Below are positions 35,730-44,185 of a stretch of DNA of 64,000 nt, one piece after another. The position numbers and the translations under genes were made by a program. Position 1 is the first letter of the stretch. Every line of letters begins with the position of its first letter. The notes beneath the pieces are model-generated. The model saw nothing but the letters and a program-made list of their open reading frames with translations, did no database searches and had not been told where the DNA came from. The stretch is from Caulobacterales bacterium (lineage in GTDB: Bacteria; Pseudomonadota; Alphaproteobacteria; Caulobacterales; Caulobacteraceae): contig JAFLCT010000001.1 of assembly GCA_017302335.1 (NCBI GenBank), forward strand, positions 343 through 64,342, read 5' to 3'.

Positions 35730-37544
35730 GTGCGAACCGACGACTATCTCAAGCGCGACCGCCGCTGTAGTCTGTCCGGCCGCAATCCTGCGGCGCCGAC
35801 CGGTTCGCCTTTGTTTAAGTCGTTGATCCCGACCCAGCCCGGAACCGAGCCTCTGGCCGAGGCCTTCCGCGCCTGCCGGACGCATTTCGTCTGGGCCATG
35901 GTGTTCAGCGCCCTGGTCAATCTGCTGTATCTGACGCCGACCCTCTACATGATGCAGGTCTATGACCGCGTCGTGCCGACCGGCGGGATCACCACCCTGA
36001 TCGCCGTCAGCGCCGTCGCCGTCTTCGCCCTGGCCAGCCTGGCCTTGCTGGACTGGGTGCGTGCGCGCCTGTTGCTGCGCGCCGGCCTGCGCCTGGACCG
36101 TCTGCTGGCGGGCCGTGTGCTGGGCCGGGTCATGGACATCCAGGCCAAGGCCCCCAACACCCAGGCGCTGCGCGAGTTCGACAACGTCCGCACCGCTGTC
36201 TCCGGCTCGGGCGCCCTGGCCCTGTTCGACGCGCCGTGGACGCCGATCTATCTGGCCTTCTGCTTCCTGCTGCACCCGTTGATCGGGGTGTTGACCATCG
36301 TCGGCGGCTTGATCCTGTTCACCCTGGCCTTGCTGAACGAACGTGACAGTCGCCAACGGCTGAAACGCTCCATCGACGCCTCCAACGCCGCCTATGCCGC
36401 CCAGGAGCAGGTCGCCGGCCAGGCCGAAGTCATCCGCGCCCTGGGTATGCGCCGGGCCAGCGTCGCCAAGCAACTGACCCAACGCCGCGCCGCCACCGCG
36501 CAACAGGCCGACGCCCAACTGACCGGCGGCAAATACACCGGCGCGATCAAATTCGTACGCATGACCCTGCAATCGGCGGCCTTGGGTCTGGCCGCCTGGC
36601 TGGCGGTCAAGGGCCAGATCTCGCCGGGCGCCATCATCGCCTCCTCGGTGCTGCTCAGCCGCGCCGTCGCCCCGATCGAGCTGCTGGTCGGGGCCTGGCC
36701 CAGCCTGGTCCAGGGCCGCACCAGTTGGCGCGCCCTGATCGACCTGTTCGCCTCCACCGCCGGGAACGAGCGCCCCCGCACCCAACTGCCCGACCCCGCC
36801 GGGCGGCTGAAGGTCGAAACCGTCACCGTCCGCTATCCCGACACCGAGACGGCCCAGTTGCGCGGCGTCGCCTTCGCGTTGGAGCCGGGCCAGACCCTGG
36901 GCGTCATCGGAACCTCGGGTTCGGGCAAGACCACCCTGGCCAAGGTGCTGGCCGGCGCCCTGAAGCCGACCCTGGGCGTGGCCCGCCTGGACGGAGCCGA
37001 TTACGACGCGCGCGAGGGCGACGATCTGGCCCGGCACATCGGTTACCTGCCCCAGAACCCCAGCCTGTTCGCCGGTTCGATCAAGGACAACATCGCCCGT
37101 TTCGCCTCGGCCCTGGGCGTCGAGGCCGCCGAGATCGACCGCGGCGCGGTCAAGGCCGCCCAGGCGGCCGGGGCGCATGAGATGATCCTGCGACTGCCGC
37201 ACGGCTACGACACCGTTCTGGGACCCTATGGCTCGGGCGTCTCGGCCGGTCAGGCCCAGCGCATCGCCCTGGCCCGCGCCCTGTATGGCGATCCGGCCCT
37301 GCTGGTGCTGGATGAACCCAACTCCAACCTCGACCAGGAGGGCGAAAGCGCCCTGATGGCCGCCGTCATCGCCGCCACCCAGCGGGGCGCCGCCGTGGTC
37401 ATCGTCGCCCACCGCGCCGGGGTTCTGGCCCGCGTCGACCGTCTGCTGATGCTCAGAGACGGCGTGGTCCAGATCGAAGGGCCGCGAGAGGACGTGCTGG
37501 CGAAACTGCGCGAGGCGCAGCCGGAAGGCGCGAGCGTCCGATGA
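35730..37544 (+). CDS. Type I secretion system ABC ATPase/permease (PrtD/AprD family)
   Basis: N-terminal six-TM domain without a C39 peptidase. Walker A GTSGSGKTT, signature VSAGQAQRI, Walker B LVLDEPNSNLD. GTG start. Confidence 0.85.
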   Translation: MRTDDYLKRDRRCSLSGRNPAAPTGSPLFKSLIPTQPGTEPLAEAFRACRTHFVWAMVFSALVNLLYLTPTLYMMQVYDRVVPTGGITTLIAVSAVAVFALASLALLDWVRARLLLRAGLRLDRLLAGRVLGRVMDIQAKAPNTQALREFDNVRTAVSGSGALALFDAPWTPIYLAFCFLLHPLIGVLTIVGGLILFTLALLNERDSRQRLKRSIDASNAAYAAQEQVAGQAEVIRALGMRRASVAKQLTQRRAATAQQADAQLTGGKYTGAIKFVRMTLQSAALGLAAWLAVKGQISPGAIIASSVLLSRAVAPIELLVGAWPSLVQGRTSWRALIDLFASTAGNERPRTQLPDPAGRLKVETVTVRYPDTETAQLRGVAFALEPGQTLGVIGTSGSGKTTLAKVLAGALKPTLGVARLDGADYDAREGDDLARHIGYLPQNPSLFAGSIKDNIARFASALGVEAAEIDRGAVKAAQAAGAHEMILRLPHGYDTVLGPYGSGVSAGQAQRIALARALYGDPALLVLDEPNSNLDQEGESALMAAVIAATQRGAAVVIVAHRAGVLARVDRLLMLRDGVVQIEGPREDVLAKLREAQPEGASVR

Positions 37545-38872
37545 CGGCCGTCCCTTCTCCCGCCCCGGCCGAGACCACCGATTCCCCGCGTCGCGAACTG
37601 GCCGTCGGCGCCGTGGTCGCGGGCCTGTTCTTCATCCTGTTCCTGGGTTTCGCCGCCTTCTACCGAATGGACGCCGCCGCCTTCGCCCCGGGCCAGGTGA
37701 TGGTCTCGGGCAACCGTCAGGCGGTCCAGCACCGCGAGGGCGGCACGGTCAGCGCCATGCACGTGGCCGAGGGCGACCGCGTCACGCGCGGCCAGATCCT
37801 GATCGAACTGGCCTCGGGCGAGCTGCAAGCCGAAGAGCGCGGCCTTACCGGCCAGGTGTACGCCCTGCTGGCCCAACGCAGCCGCATGATCGCCGAACGC
37901 GACCGTCTGGGCGCCGTGCCGACCCCGCCCGAGTTCGCCTCCCTGACCGGTCCCGACCTGGCCCTGGCGAACGAGGCCCTGCGTCTGCAACGGCTGCAAT
38001 ACGCCGCTCGCCGCACCGGCCGCTCGACCGAACAGGGCGTGCTGGGCCAGCGTGTCCAGCAGCTTCAGCAGCAGAAAGAGGGTCTGGCTCGCCAGATCGA
38101 GGCCAATCTCGAACAGCGTCGCCTGATCATCGAGGAGTTGGACGGCATTCGCTCCCTGGCCGAAAAGGGCTACGCCCCCCTGACCCGCGTCCGCGCCCTG
38201 GAGCGCGAGGCCGCGCGCATCGACGGCGAACTGGGGTCTCTGCGCGCCCAGTCGGCCCGCACCGACGAACAGATCGGCGAGACCCGGCTGCAATCCTCGG
38301 GCGTCGTCACCAAGCTCAACGAGGACGTGGCCGAGCAACTGCGTCTGGTCGAGGTGCAGTTGAACGAACTGCGGCCCCGCCTGGCCGAGGCGCGCGCCCA
38401 GTTGGCCCGCACGCGCATCGCCGCCCCAGCCACCGGCCAGGTCGTCGGCTTGACCGTCTTCAGCCCCGGCGCCGTGGTTCAGCCCGGCCAACTGTTGATG
38501 GAGGTCGTGCCGACCGACGCCAGCCAGGTCATCGTCGCCCGCATCAATCCCGCCGACGTCGACAACGTGCGCGTCGGCATGGCGTCAGAGGTCAAATTCC
38601 CCGGTCTGCGCGAACGCGCGCCGCCGATCCTGCACGGCCGCGTCACCCGCGTCTCGGCCGACGCCTTCACCGACGAACGCACCGGCGCCAGCCACTATCG
38701 CGCCGAGGTGGTGGTGCCGGAAGCCGAGCTGGCCCGCCTGGGCGCCGCCTCACGCGACATCCGCCCCGGAATGCCGGTCGAGGTCCAGGTGCAACTGCGC
38801 AAACGCACCGCCCTGTCCTATCTGTTCGAACCGCTGGGCCAGAGCCTGTGGCGGTCGGGCGGAGAGCAGTAA
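37541..38872 (+). CDS. HlyD-family type I secretion periplasmic adaptor
   Basis: Single N-terminal TM helix, a long coiled coil, and the C-terminal motif RAEVVVPE...IRPGMPVEVQV. ATGA overlap with the ABC gene. Confidence 0.85.
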   Translation: MTAVPSPAPAETTDSPRRELAVGAVVAGLFFILFLGFAAFYRMDAAAFAPGQVMVSGNRQAVQHREGGTVSAMHVAEGDRVTRGQILIELASGELQAEERGLTGQVYALLAQRSRMIAERDRLGAVPTPPEFASLTGPDLALANEALRLQRLQYAARRTGRSTEQGVLGQRVQQLQQQKEGLARQIEANLEQRRLIIEELDGIRSLAEKGYAPLTRVRALEREAARIDGELGSLRAQSARTDEQIGETRLQSSGVVTKLNEDVAEQLRLVEVQLNELRPRLAEARAQLARTRIAAPATGQVVGLTVFSPGAVVQPGQLLMEVVPTDASQVIVARINPADVDNVRVGMASEVKFPGLRERAPPILHGRVTRVSADAFTDERTGASHYRAEVVVPEAELARLGAASRDIRPGMPVEVQVQLRKRTALSYLFEPLGQSLWRSGGEQ

Positions 38873-38889
38873 GAATACCGCTTATCCCG

Positions 38890-40992
38890 TTATTGGGACT
38901 TCGCCCTTCGCCTGAACGTATGCAGCAGCGGCTCGGTATAGCCGTTCTGCTGGTCCGCGCCGTCGAACACCAACGCCCGCGCCGCCTGAAAGGCCAGGCC
39001 GTCGAAGCCGGGCGCCATCGGGCGATAGGCCGGGTCATCCGCGTTCTGGGCGTCGACCTTGATCGCCATCCGCCGCAGCGCCGCCTCGACCTGATCGGGC
39101 GTGCACACCCCGTGCATCAGCCAGTTGGCCATGTGTTGCGAGCTGATCCTCAGCGTCGCCCGATCCTCCATCAGCCCGATGTCGTGAATGTCAGGCACCT
39201 TGGAGCACCCGACCCCCTGGTCGATCCAGCGCACGACATAGCCCAGCAAGCCTTGGGCGTTATTGTCCAGTTCGGTCTCGATCTCGGCCGCGCTCCAGGT
39301 CCGCCCGGTCGCCAGCGGCGGCGTCAGCAACGGCTCCAACCCCGGCGTCTCGATCTTCACGATTTCGGCTTGACGCGCGAAGACGTCGACTGCGTGATAA
39401 TGCAGCGCGTGCAGGGTCGCCGCCGTCGGGCTGGGCACCCAGGCGGTGTTCGCCCCGGTCATCGGATGGGCGATCTTCTGCCCCAGCATCTCGGCCATGC
39501 GGTCGGGCGCCGCCCACATCCCCTTGCCGATCTGCGCCCGCCCCGACAGGCCGCAGTTCAGACCGATGGCGACGTTGCGCGCCTCATAGGCGGCGATCCA
39601 GTCAGTGGACTTGATCTCGGCCTTCCGCACCACCGGCCCGGCCTTCATGGCCGTGTGAATCTCGTCGCCGGTGCGGTCCAGAAAGCCGGTGTTGATGAAG
39701 ACGATCCGGTCCTTTACCGACCGGATGCAGGCCTCCAGATTGGCGCTGGTGCGCCGTTCCTCGTCCATCACCCCGACCTTGATCGTGTGACGCGGCAGGT
39801 CCAGCAGGTCCTCGACGACGTCGAACAGCCGGTCGGTGAAGGCGCACTCCTCCGGCCCGTGCATCTTGGGTTTGACGATATAGATCGAACCCGCCGCGCT
39901 GTTCCCGAACCGACCCAGGCCGCGCAGATCGTATAGGCCGATCAGACTGGTGACGATCGCGTCCAGCACCCCTTCGGGCGCCTCGGACCCGTCCGCCAGC
40001 AGAACCGCGGGCGTGGTCATCAGATGGCCGACGTTCCTGACGAACAGCAGGCTGCGCCCCTTCAGAACCCTTTCGGTCCCGTCCGGGACCATGACCCGCC
40101 GGTCGTCGGCCAGGGTCCGCGTCATCGCCCGGCCGCCCTTGACGAAGGTCTCGCTGAGGTCGCCGCGCATCAGGCCCAGCCAGTTGCGCCATCCCGCCGC
40201 CTTGTCTTCAGCGTCCACGGCCGCGACCGAGTCTTCCAGATCGACGATGGTCGACAGGGCCGCTTCCAGCACCACATCGGAAATCCCCGCCGGATCGGTC
40301 GTTCCGATCGGATGGTCCGGGTCGAACACCACCTCGATGTGCAGGCCGTGATGGCGGAACACCCGCCCCTTGTCGGTCGCGCCGACATACTGGGCCGGTT
40401 CCTTCAGGGCGATGCCGTTCAGATGCGGGTCCCTCAGGTCCGCCCACGATCCGTCCGCCAACGGCGCGGCCTGGTCCAGAAACGCCTTGGCCCGCGCCAC
40501 CACCCGCGCCCCGCGCGCGGCGTCATAGGGTCCTGGCGGCGGCGGCTCACCCAAGGCGTCGGTCCCGTACAGGGCGTCGTACAGGCTGCCCCAGCGCGCA
40601 TTGGCGGCGTTCAGCACGAACCGGGCGTTCAGCGCCGGAACCACCAGTTGCGGTCCCGCCATGCGCGCCACCTCGTCATCGACATTTTCCGTGGCGATGG
40701 TGAAGGGTTGGGGCGTCTCGATCAGATAGCCGATCTCTCTCAGGAAACGCTCGGTCGCCGCCGCATCGTGCGGCAGACCCTGGCGCGCTTCATGCCAGGC
40801 GTCGATCCGCGCCTGCATCTGATCGCGCACGGCCAGTAGCCGCCGGTTCTCGGGCGCGAACCGCGCCAGGATCTCGGCCACGCCGCGCCAGAAAGGCGCG
40901 GCCTCCAGGTTCAGACCCGGCAACACTTCGCCTTCGATCAGGTCGATCACCGGCCGGGCTACGCTCAATCCGGCGCGGGCTTGATAGGTCAT
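38890..40992 (-). CDS. glcB: Malate synthase G
   Basis: 700 aa. The N-terminus (MTYQARAGLSVARPVIDLIEGEVLPG) and overall length are typical of GlcB. Confidence 0.9.
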   Translation of the reverse strand: MTYQARAGLSVARPVIDLIEGEVLPGLNLEAAPFWRGVAEILARFAPENRRLLAVRDQMQARIDAWHEARQGLPHDAAATERFLREIGYLIETPQPFTIATENVDDEVARMAGPQLVVPALNARFVLNAANARWGSLYDALYGTDALGEPPPPGPYDAARGARVVARAKAFLDQAAPLADGSWADLRDPHLNGIALKEPAQYVGATDKGRVFRHHGLHIEVVFDPDHPIGTTDPAGISDVVLEAALSTIVDLEDSVAAVDAEDKAAGWRNWLGLMRGDLSETFVKGGRAMTRTLADDRRVMVPDGTERVLKGRSLLFVRNVGHLMTTPAVLLADGSEAPEGVLDAIVTSLIGLYDLRGLGRFGNSAAGSIYIVKPKMHGPEECAFTDRLFDVVEDLLDLPRHTIKVGVMDEERRTSANLEACIRSVKDRIVFINTGFLDRTGDEIHTAMKAGPVVRKAEIKSTDWIAAYEARNVAIGLNCGLSGRAQIGKGMWAAPDRMAEMLGQKIAHPMTGANTAWVPSPTAATLHALHYHAVDVFARQAEIVKIETPGLEPLLTPPLATGRTWSAAEIETELDNNAQGLLGYVVRWIDQGVGCSKVPDIHDIGLMEDRATLRISSQHMANWLMHGVCTPDQVEAALRRMAIKVDAQNADDPAYRPMAPGFDGLAFQAARALVFDGADQQNGYTEPLLHTFRRRAKSQ

Positions 40993-41089
40993 GGCGACTC
41001 CCCGGCGCGCGGCTGGGGAGGGCGCGCCTGTAACATTGCGTGATCACAACACCACCGCAAGGCAAGGGCTGCAAGGGCGCTTACGCAAT

Positions 41090-41113
41090 CCTTCTCCCGC
41101 TTGCGGGGGGGAG
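41090..41113. repeat. REP-like hairpin CCTTCTCCCGCTTGCGGGGGGGAG
   Basis: Shares CCTTCTCCCG with the element at 30648-30657. Related hairpins lie at 41221-41236 and 42844-42865. Confidence 0.4.
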
Positions 41114-41220
41114 TGTCGTGTCGCCGAGCACAGCGAGACGCATGACGATGGAGGAATTCTTCTGACGACAGAAGACTCCCCCCGCCGATCCCAGGTCGCT
41201 GCGCGACTGACGGGCCGCCT

Positions 41221-41236
41221 CTCCCGCAAACGGGAG
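41221..41236. repeat. REP-like hairpin CTCCCG-CAAA-CGGGAG
   Basis: Perfect 6-bp stem of the same sequence family. Confidence 0.4.
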
Positions 41237-41255
41237 CGGGCTTTGCCTCCGCCCA

Positions 41256-41269
41256 TGACACCGGTGACA
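41256..41269. promoter_or_regulatory. LacI-type operator TGACACCGGTGACA (13 of 14 match to the locus palindrome)
   Basis: Lies 21 nt upstream of the esterase ATG. Confidence 0.6.
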
Positions 41270-41289
41270 GGGCCGGATAGGTTGGCGTC

Positions 41290-42840
41290 ATGGACCGCCG
41301 CTCGCTGCTGATCGCCGCCCCCGCCCTGGCCCTGACGCCGCGTTCGGCGGCGGCCGGCGACCATCCCGTCGCGTCCACCGTCAACGGACCCGTGCGCGGC
41401 GTGCGGGACGGCGGCGTGATCACCTTCAAGGGCATTCGCTACGGCGCCGACACCGGGCCGCGTCGATTCCAGCCGCCGAGCCGCCCCGCGCCGTGGACCC
41501 GGCCGGTCGACGCCTTCGCCCACGGTTGCGCCAGCCCCCAACGGGGCGACGAGCCGAACCAGGGCGAGGACTGTCTGTTCCTGAACGTCTGGACGCCCGG
41601 CTTGGACGCCGCCCGACGGCCGGTCATGGTCTATATCCACGGCGGCGCCTATTCGACCGGCTCCGGCTCCAGCCCGCTCACCGACGGCGCGCGCCTGGCC
41701 CGTCGTCGCGACGTGGTGATGGTGACCCTGAACCACCGGCTGAACCTGTTCGGCTACGCCTCGCTCGGCCGGTTCGGCGTCTTTCCCGACAGCGGCAACG
41801 CCGGACAGTTGGACCTGATCCTGGCGCTGGAATGGGTCCGCGACAGCATCGCGGCCTTCGGCGGCGATCCCGACCGCGTCATGGTCTTCGGCCAATCGGG
41901 CGGCGGCGCCAAGATCGCCACCCTGATGGCCGTCCCCGCCGCCCAAGGTCTGTTCCATCGCGCCGCGACCATGAGCGGCCAGCAGGTCACCGCCTCCGGC
42001 CCGATGAACGCCGCGATCCGCGCCCGCGCCTGGCTAGACGCCCTGAACCTGCCGCCTGAGCGTGCGCACGAAGCCGCCAGCCTGCCCGTCGAGACCCTGC
42101 TGAAAGCCGCCGAGATCCGCGATCCGGTCCTGCCCTACGGCGGTCTCTATTTCGGGCCGGTGCTGGACGACCGGACCCTAGTCCGCCACCCCTTCTATCC
42201 CGACGCCCCGGCGCAGTCGGCGGCCGTGCCGATGATGATCGGCAACACCCGCGACGAGACCCTGGCCTTTCTGGGCAACGACCCGGCCAATTTCGCCCTG
42301 AACTGGGACGACCTTCCAGCCCGGCTGACCCCGGTCAATCTGCGCGTCGACATCGCGCCCGAGACCGTCGTCGCCGAGTATCGCCGTCTCCATTCCGACT
42401 GGTCGCCCAGCCGGGTCTTCTTCGCGGCCACCACCGCCGCCCGATCCTGGCGCGCCGCAGTCATCGAGGCGGAGCTGCGCGCCCAGCAGGGGTCGCCCGC
42501 CTTCGTCTATCAGTTGGACTGGCCCTCGACCCTGGCGAACGGCTATCGCGGCGCCCCGCATATGTCGGACATCCCCCTGGCCTTCGACACGGTTCAGGCG
42601 CCCGGCTCCCTCGCCATCGGCCCGACGGCGCAAACCATGGCCGATCGGGTCAGCACAGCCTTCGCCGCCTTCGCCGCCACCGGCGACCCGAACCACTCCG
42701 GCCTGCCCGCGTGGGAGCCTTACGCCCTGCCCCGCCGTCAGACGATGATCCTGGACGACGTCTGTCGGATGGAAGACGATCCGCGCGGCGGAGAACGGCG
42801 GCTCTTCGCCAGGGTCCCCTATGTGCAGCCAGGCACGTGA
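41290..42840 (+). CDS. Type-B carboxylesterase (exported, Tat-like signal)
   Basis: MDRRSLLIAAPALALTPRSAAA; the oxyanion region VYIHGGAYSTGSG; the nucleophile elbow FGQSGGG. Confidence 0.85.
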   Translation: MDRRSLLIAAPALALTPRSAAAGDHPVASTVNGPVRGVRDGGVITFKGIRYGADTGPRRFQPPSRPAPWTRPVDAFAHGCASPQRGDEPNQGEDCLFLNVWTPGLDAARRPVMVYIHGGAYSTGSGSSPLTDGARLARRRDVVMVTLNHRLNLFGYASLGRFGVFPDSGNAGQLDLILALEWVRDSIAAFGGDPDRVMVFGQSGGGAKIATLMAVPAAQGLFHRAATMSGQQVTASGPMNAAIRARAWLDALNLPPERAHEAASLPVETLLKAAEIRDPVLPYGGLYFGPVLDDRTLVRHPFYPDAPAQSAAVPMMIGNTRDETLAFLGNDPANFALNWDDLPARLTPVNLRVDIAPETVVAEYRRLHSDWSPSRVFFAATTAARSWRAAVIEAELRAQQGSPAFVYQLDWPSTLANGYRGAPHMSDIPLAFDTVQAPGSLAIGPTAQTMADRVSTAFAAFAATGDPNHSGLPAWEPYALPRRQTMILDDVCRMEDDPRGGERRLFARVPYVQPGT

Positions 42841-42843
42841 TTT

Positions 42844-42865
42844 CCTTCCCCCTTGCGGGAGAAGG
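42844..42865. terminator. Hairpin CCTTCCCCC-TTGC-GGGAGAAGG between convergent genes
   Basis: 9-bp stem with one mismatch. It lies between the esterase stop (42840) and the kdgK stop (42868). Confidence 0.45.
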
Positions 42866-42867
42866 TC

Positions 42868-43968
42868 TCATCGCACCGTCCGCGCCCCGGCCCCGGCCAA
42901 CAGCGCCTCGACCTCGGTCTTCGAGACCATGGAGCCGTCCCCCGGCGTGGTCATCGCCAGGGCGCCGTGCGCGGCGCCCCAGTCGACCGCCGACTGAAGA
43001 TCGCGCCCGTCCATCAGCGCCCAGGCCAGACCCGAGACGAAACCGTCCCCGCCGCCGACCCGGTCGAGGATTTCGAGATCGCGCCGCACCTCGGCCTGAA
43101 CCACCTGACCGTCGGCCCAGGCCGCGGCGCCCCAGTCGTTGCGTCCCGCCGTCGTCGGCTCGCGCAGGGTGGCGGCGATGATCCTCACGTTCGGGAACGC
43201 CTTGGCGAAGGCCGGGGCCGCCGCCCGGAACGGCCCGGCGTCCAGGCCCGATGTTCGCGACCCGACGTCGAGGTCCAGCCCCAGACAGGTCTGGAACCCG
43301 TGCTCGTCGCCGATCATCACATCGACGCTCTCCGCGATGGTGCGGTTCACCCGCCGGGCCGCATCGGGGTCGGGGTGGGCGTTCCACAGGCTGGCGCGAT
43401 AGTTCAGGTCATAGGACACGATCACGCCGTGACGTCGGGCCGCCTGGACGGCCTCGATCGCCGTCTCGGCCGTCGAGGTCGACAGGGCCGCGAAGATGCC
43501 GCCTGTGTGCAGCCAGCGCACCCCCTCCTGGCCGAACAACCGGTCCCAGTCGATCTCGCCCGGCCGCATCTGGCTGGCCGCCGAATTGGCGCGATCCGAC
43601 ACCCCCAGGGCGGGTCTCAAACCGAAGCCCCGCTCGGTGAAGTTCAGGCCCAGGCGGGTGTTGCGCCCGATCCCGTCATAGTCCCGCCAGATGACGTGTT
43701 CCCGGCTCACGCCCCCCTGGGCGATCAGGTCGTCGCACAGCAGGCCCAGGTCGTTCTTCGGCAGGGCCGTCGCCGCCGCCGCGCGCATTCCGAACCCCTT
43801 GGCCAGGGCGCGGGCCACATTGTATTCGCCGCCGCCCTCCCAGACATCGAACGACCGCGCATTGCGCACCCGCCGCTCGCCCGGATCGAAACGCAGCATC
43901 ACCTCGCCCAGGGCGACGATGTCCCAACGGCGGCCTTCGGCGGACGGAATGGTCAGCGGTCGGGTCAT
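42868..43968 (-). CDS. kdgK: PfkB-family sugar kinase, 2-dehydro-3-deoxygluconokinase-like
   Basis: DIVALGEVMLRFDP...GGGEYNVA at the N-terminus and the C-terminal GGGDGF...AHGALAMTTPGD motif. The uronate context supports the call. Confidence 0.75.
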   Translation of the reverse strand: MTRPLTIPSAEGRRWDIVALGEVMLRFDPGERRVRNARSFDVWEGGGEYNVARALAKGFGMRAAAATALPKNDLGLLCDDLIAQGGVSREHVIWRDYDGIGRNTRLGLNFTERGFGLRPALGVSDRANSAASQMRPGEIDWDRLFGQEGVRWLHTGGIFAALSTSTAETAIEAVQAARRHGVIVSYDLNYRASLWNAHPDPDAARRVNRTIAESVDVMIGDEHGFQTCLGLDLDVGSRTSGLDAGPFRAAAPAFAKAFPNVRIIAATLREPTTAGRNDWGAAAWADGQVVQAEVRRDLEILDRVGGGDGFVSGLAWALMDGRDLQSAVDWGAAHGALAMTTPGDGSMVSKTEVEALLAGAGARTVR

Positions 43969-43992
43969 GCGGAAGTCTTGCGGCCTCGCGTC

Positions 43993-44031
43993 ATCAAAGA
44001 AAAGAGGCCGGAGCGGCTTGCCGCTCCGGCC
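43993..44031 (-). terminator. Intrinsic-terminator-like hairpin (12-bp stem GGCCGGAGCGGC) followed by CUCUUUUCUUUG
   Basis: Read on the minus strand. It lies only ~40 nt upstream of the kdgK start. Confidence 0.5.
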
Positions 44032-44095
44032 GCGAGCCTGATCGGGTGAGCAGGAAACGCTTCGCGTTTCCGCCGAGGTCGTGAATCAGGCTCTC

Positions 44096-44158
44096 GAATA
44101 AAAGTGGGGCGAAATCTGAGTCCTCACGGGTTGCGTCCGTTCGAACCGATTTCGCCCC
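44096..44158 (-). terminator. Long-stem hairpin GGGGCGAAATC-N31-GATTTCGCCCC followed by ACUUUUAUUC
   Basis: 11-bp perfect arms at 44106-44116 and 44148-44158, just downstream of the receptor gene stop (44186). Confidence 0.45.
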
Positions 44159-44185
44159 AGTCGGCGTTCAGGAGAGAACGTTCCG

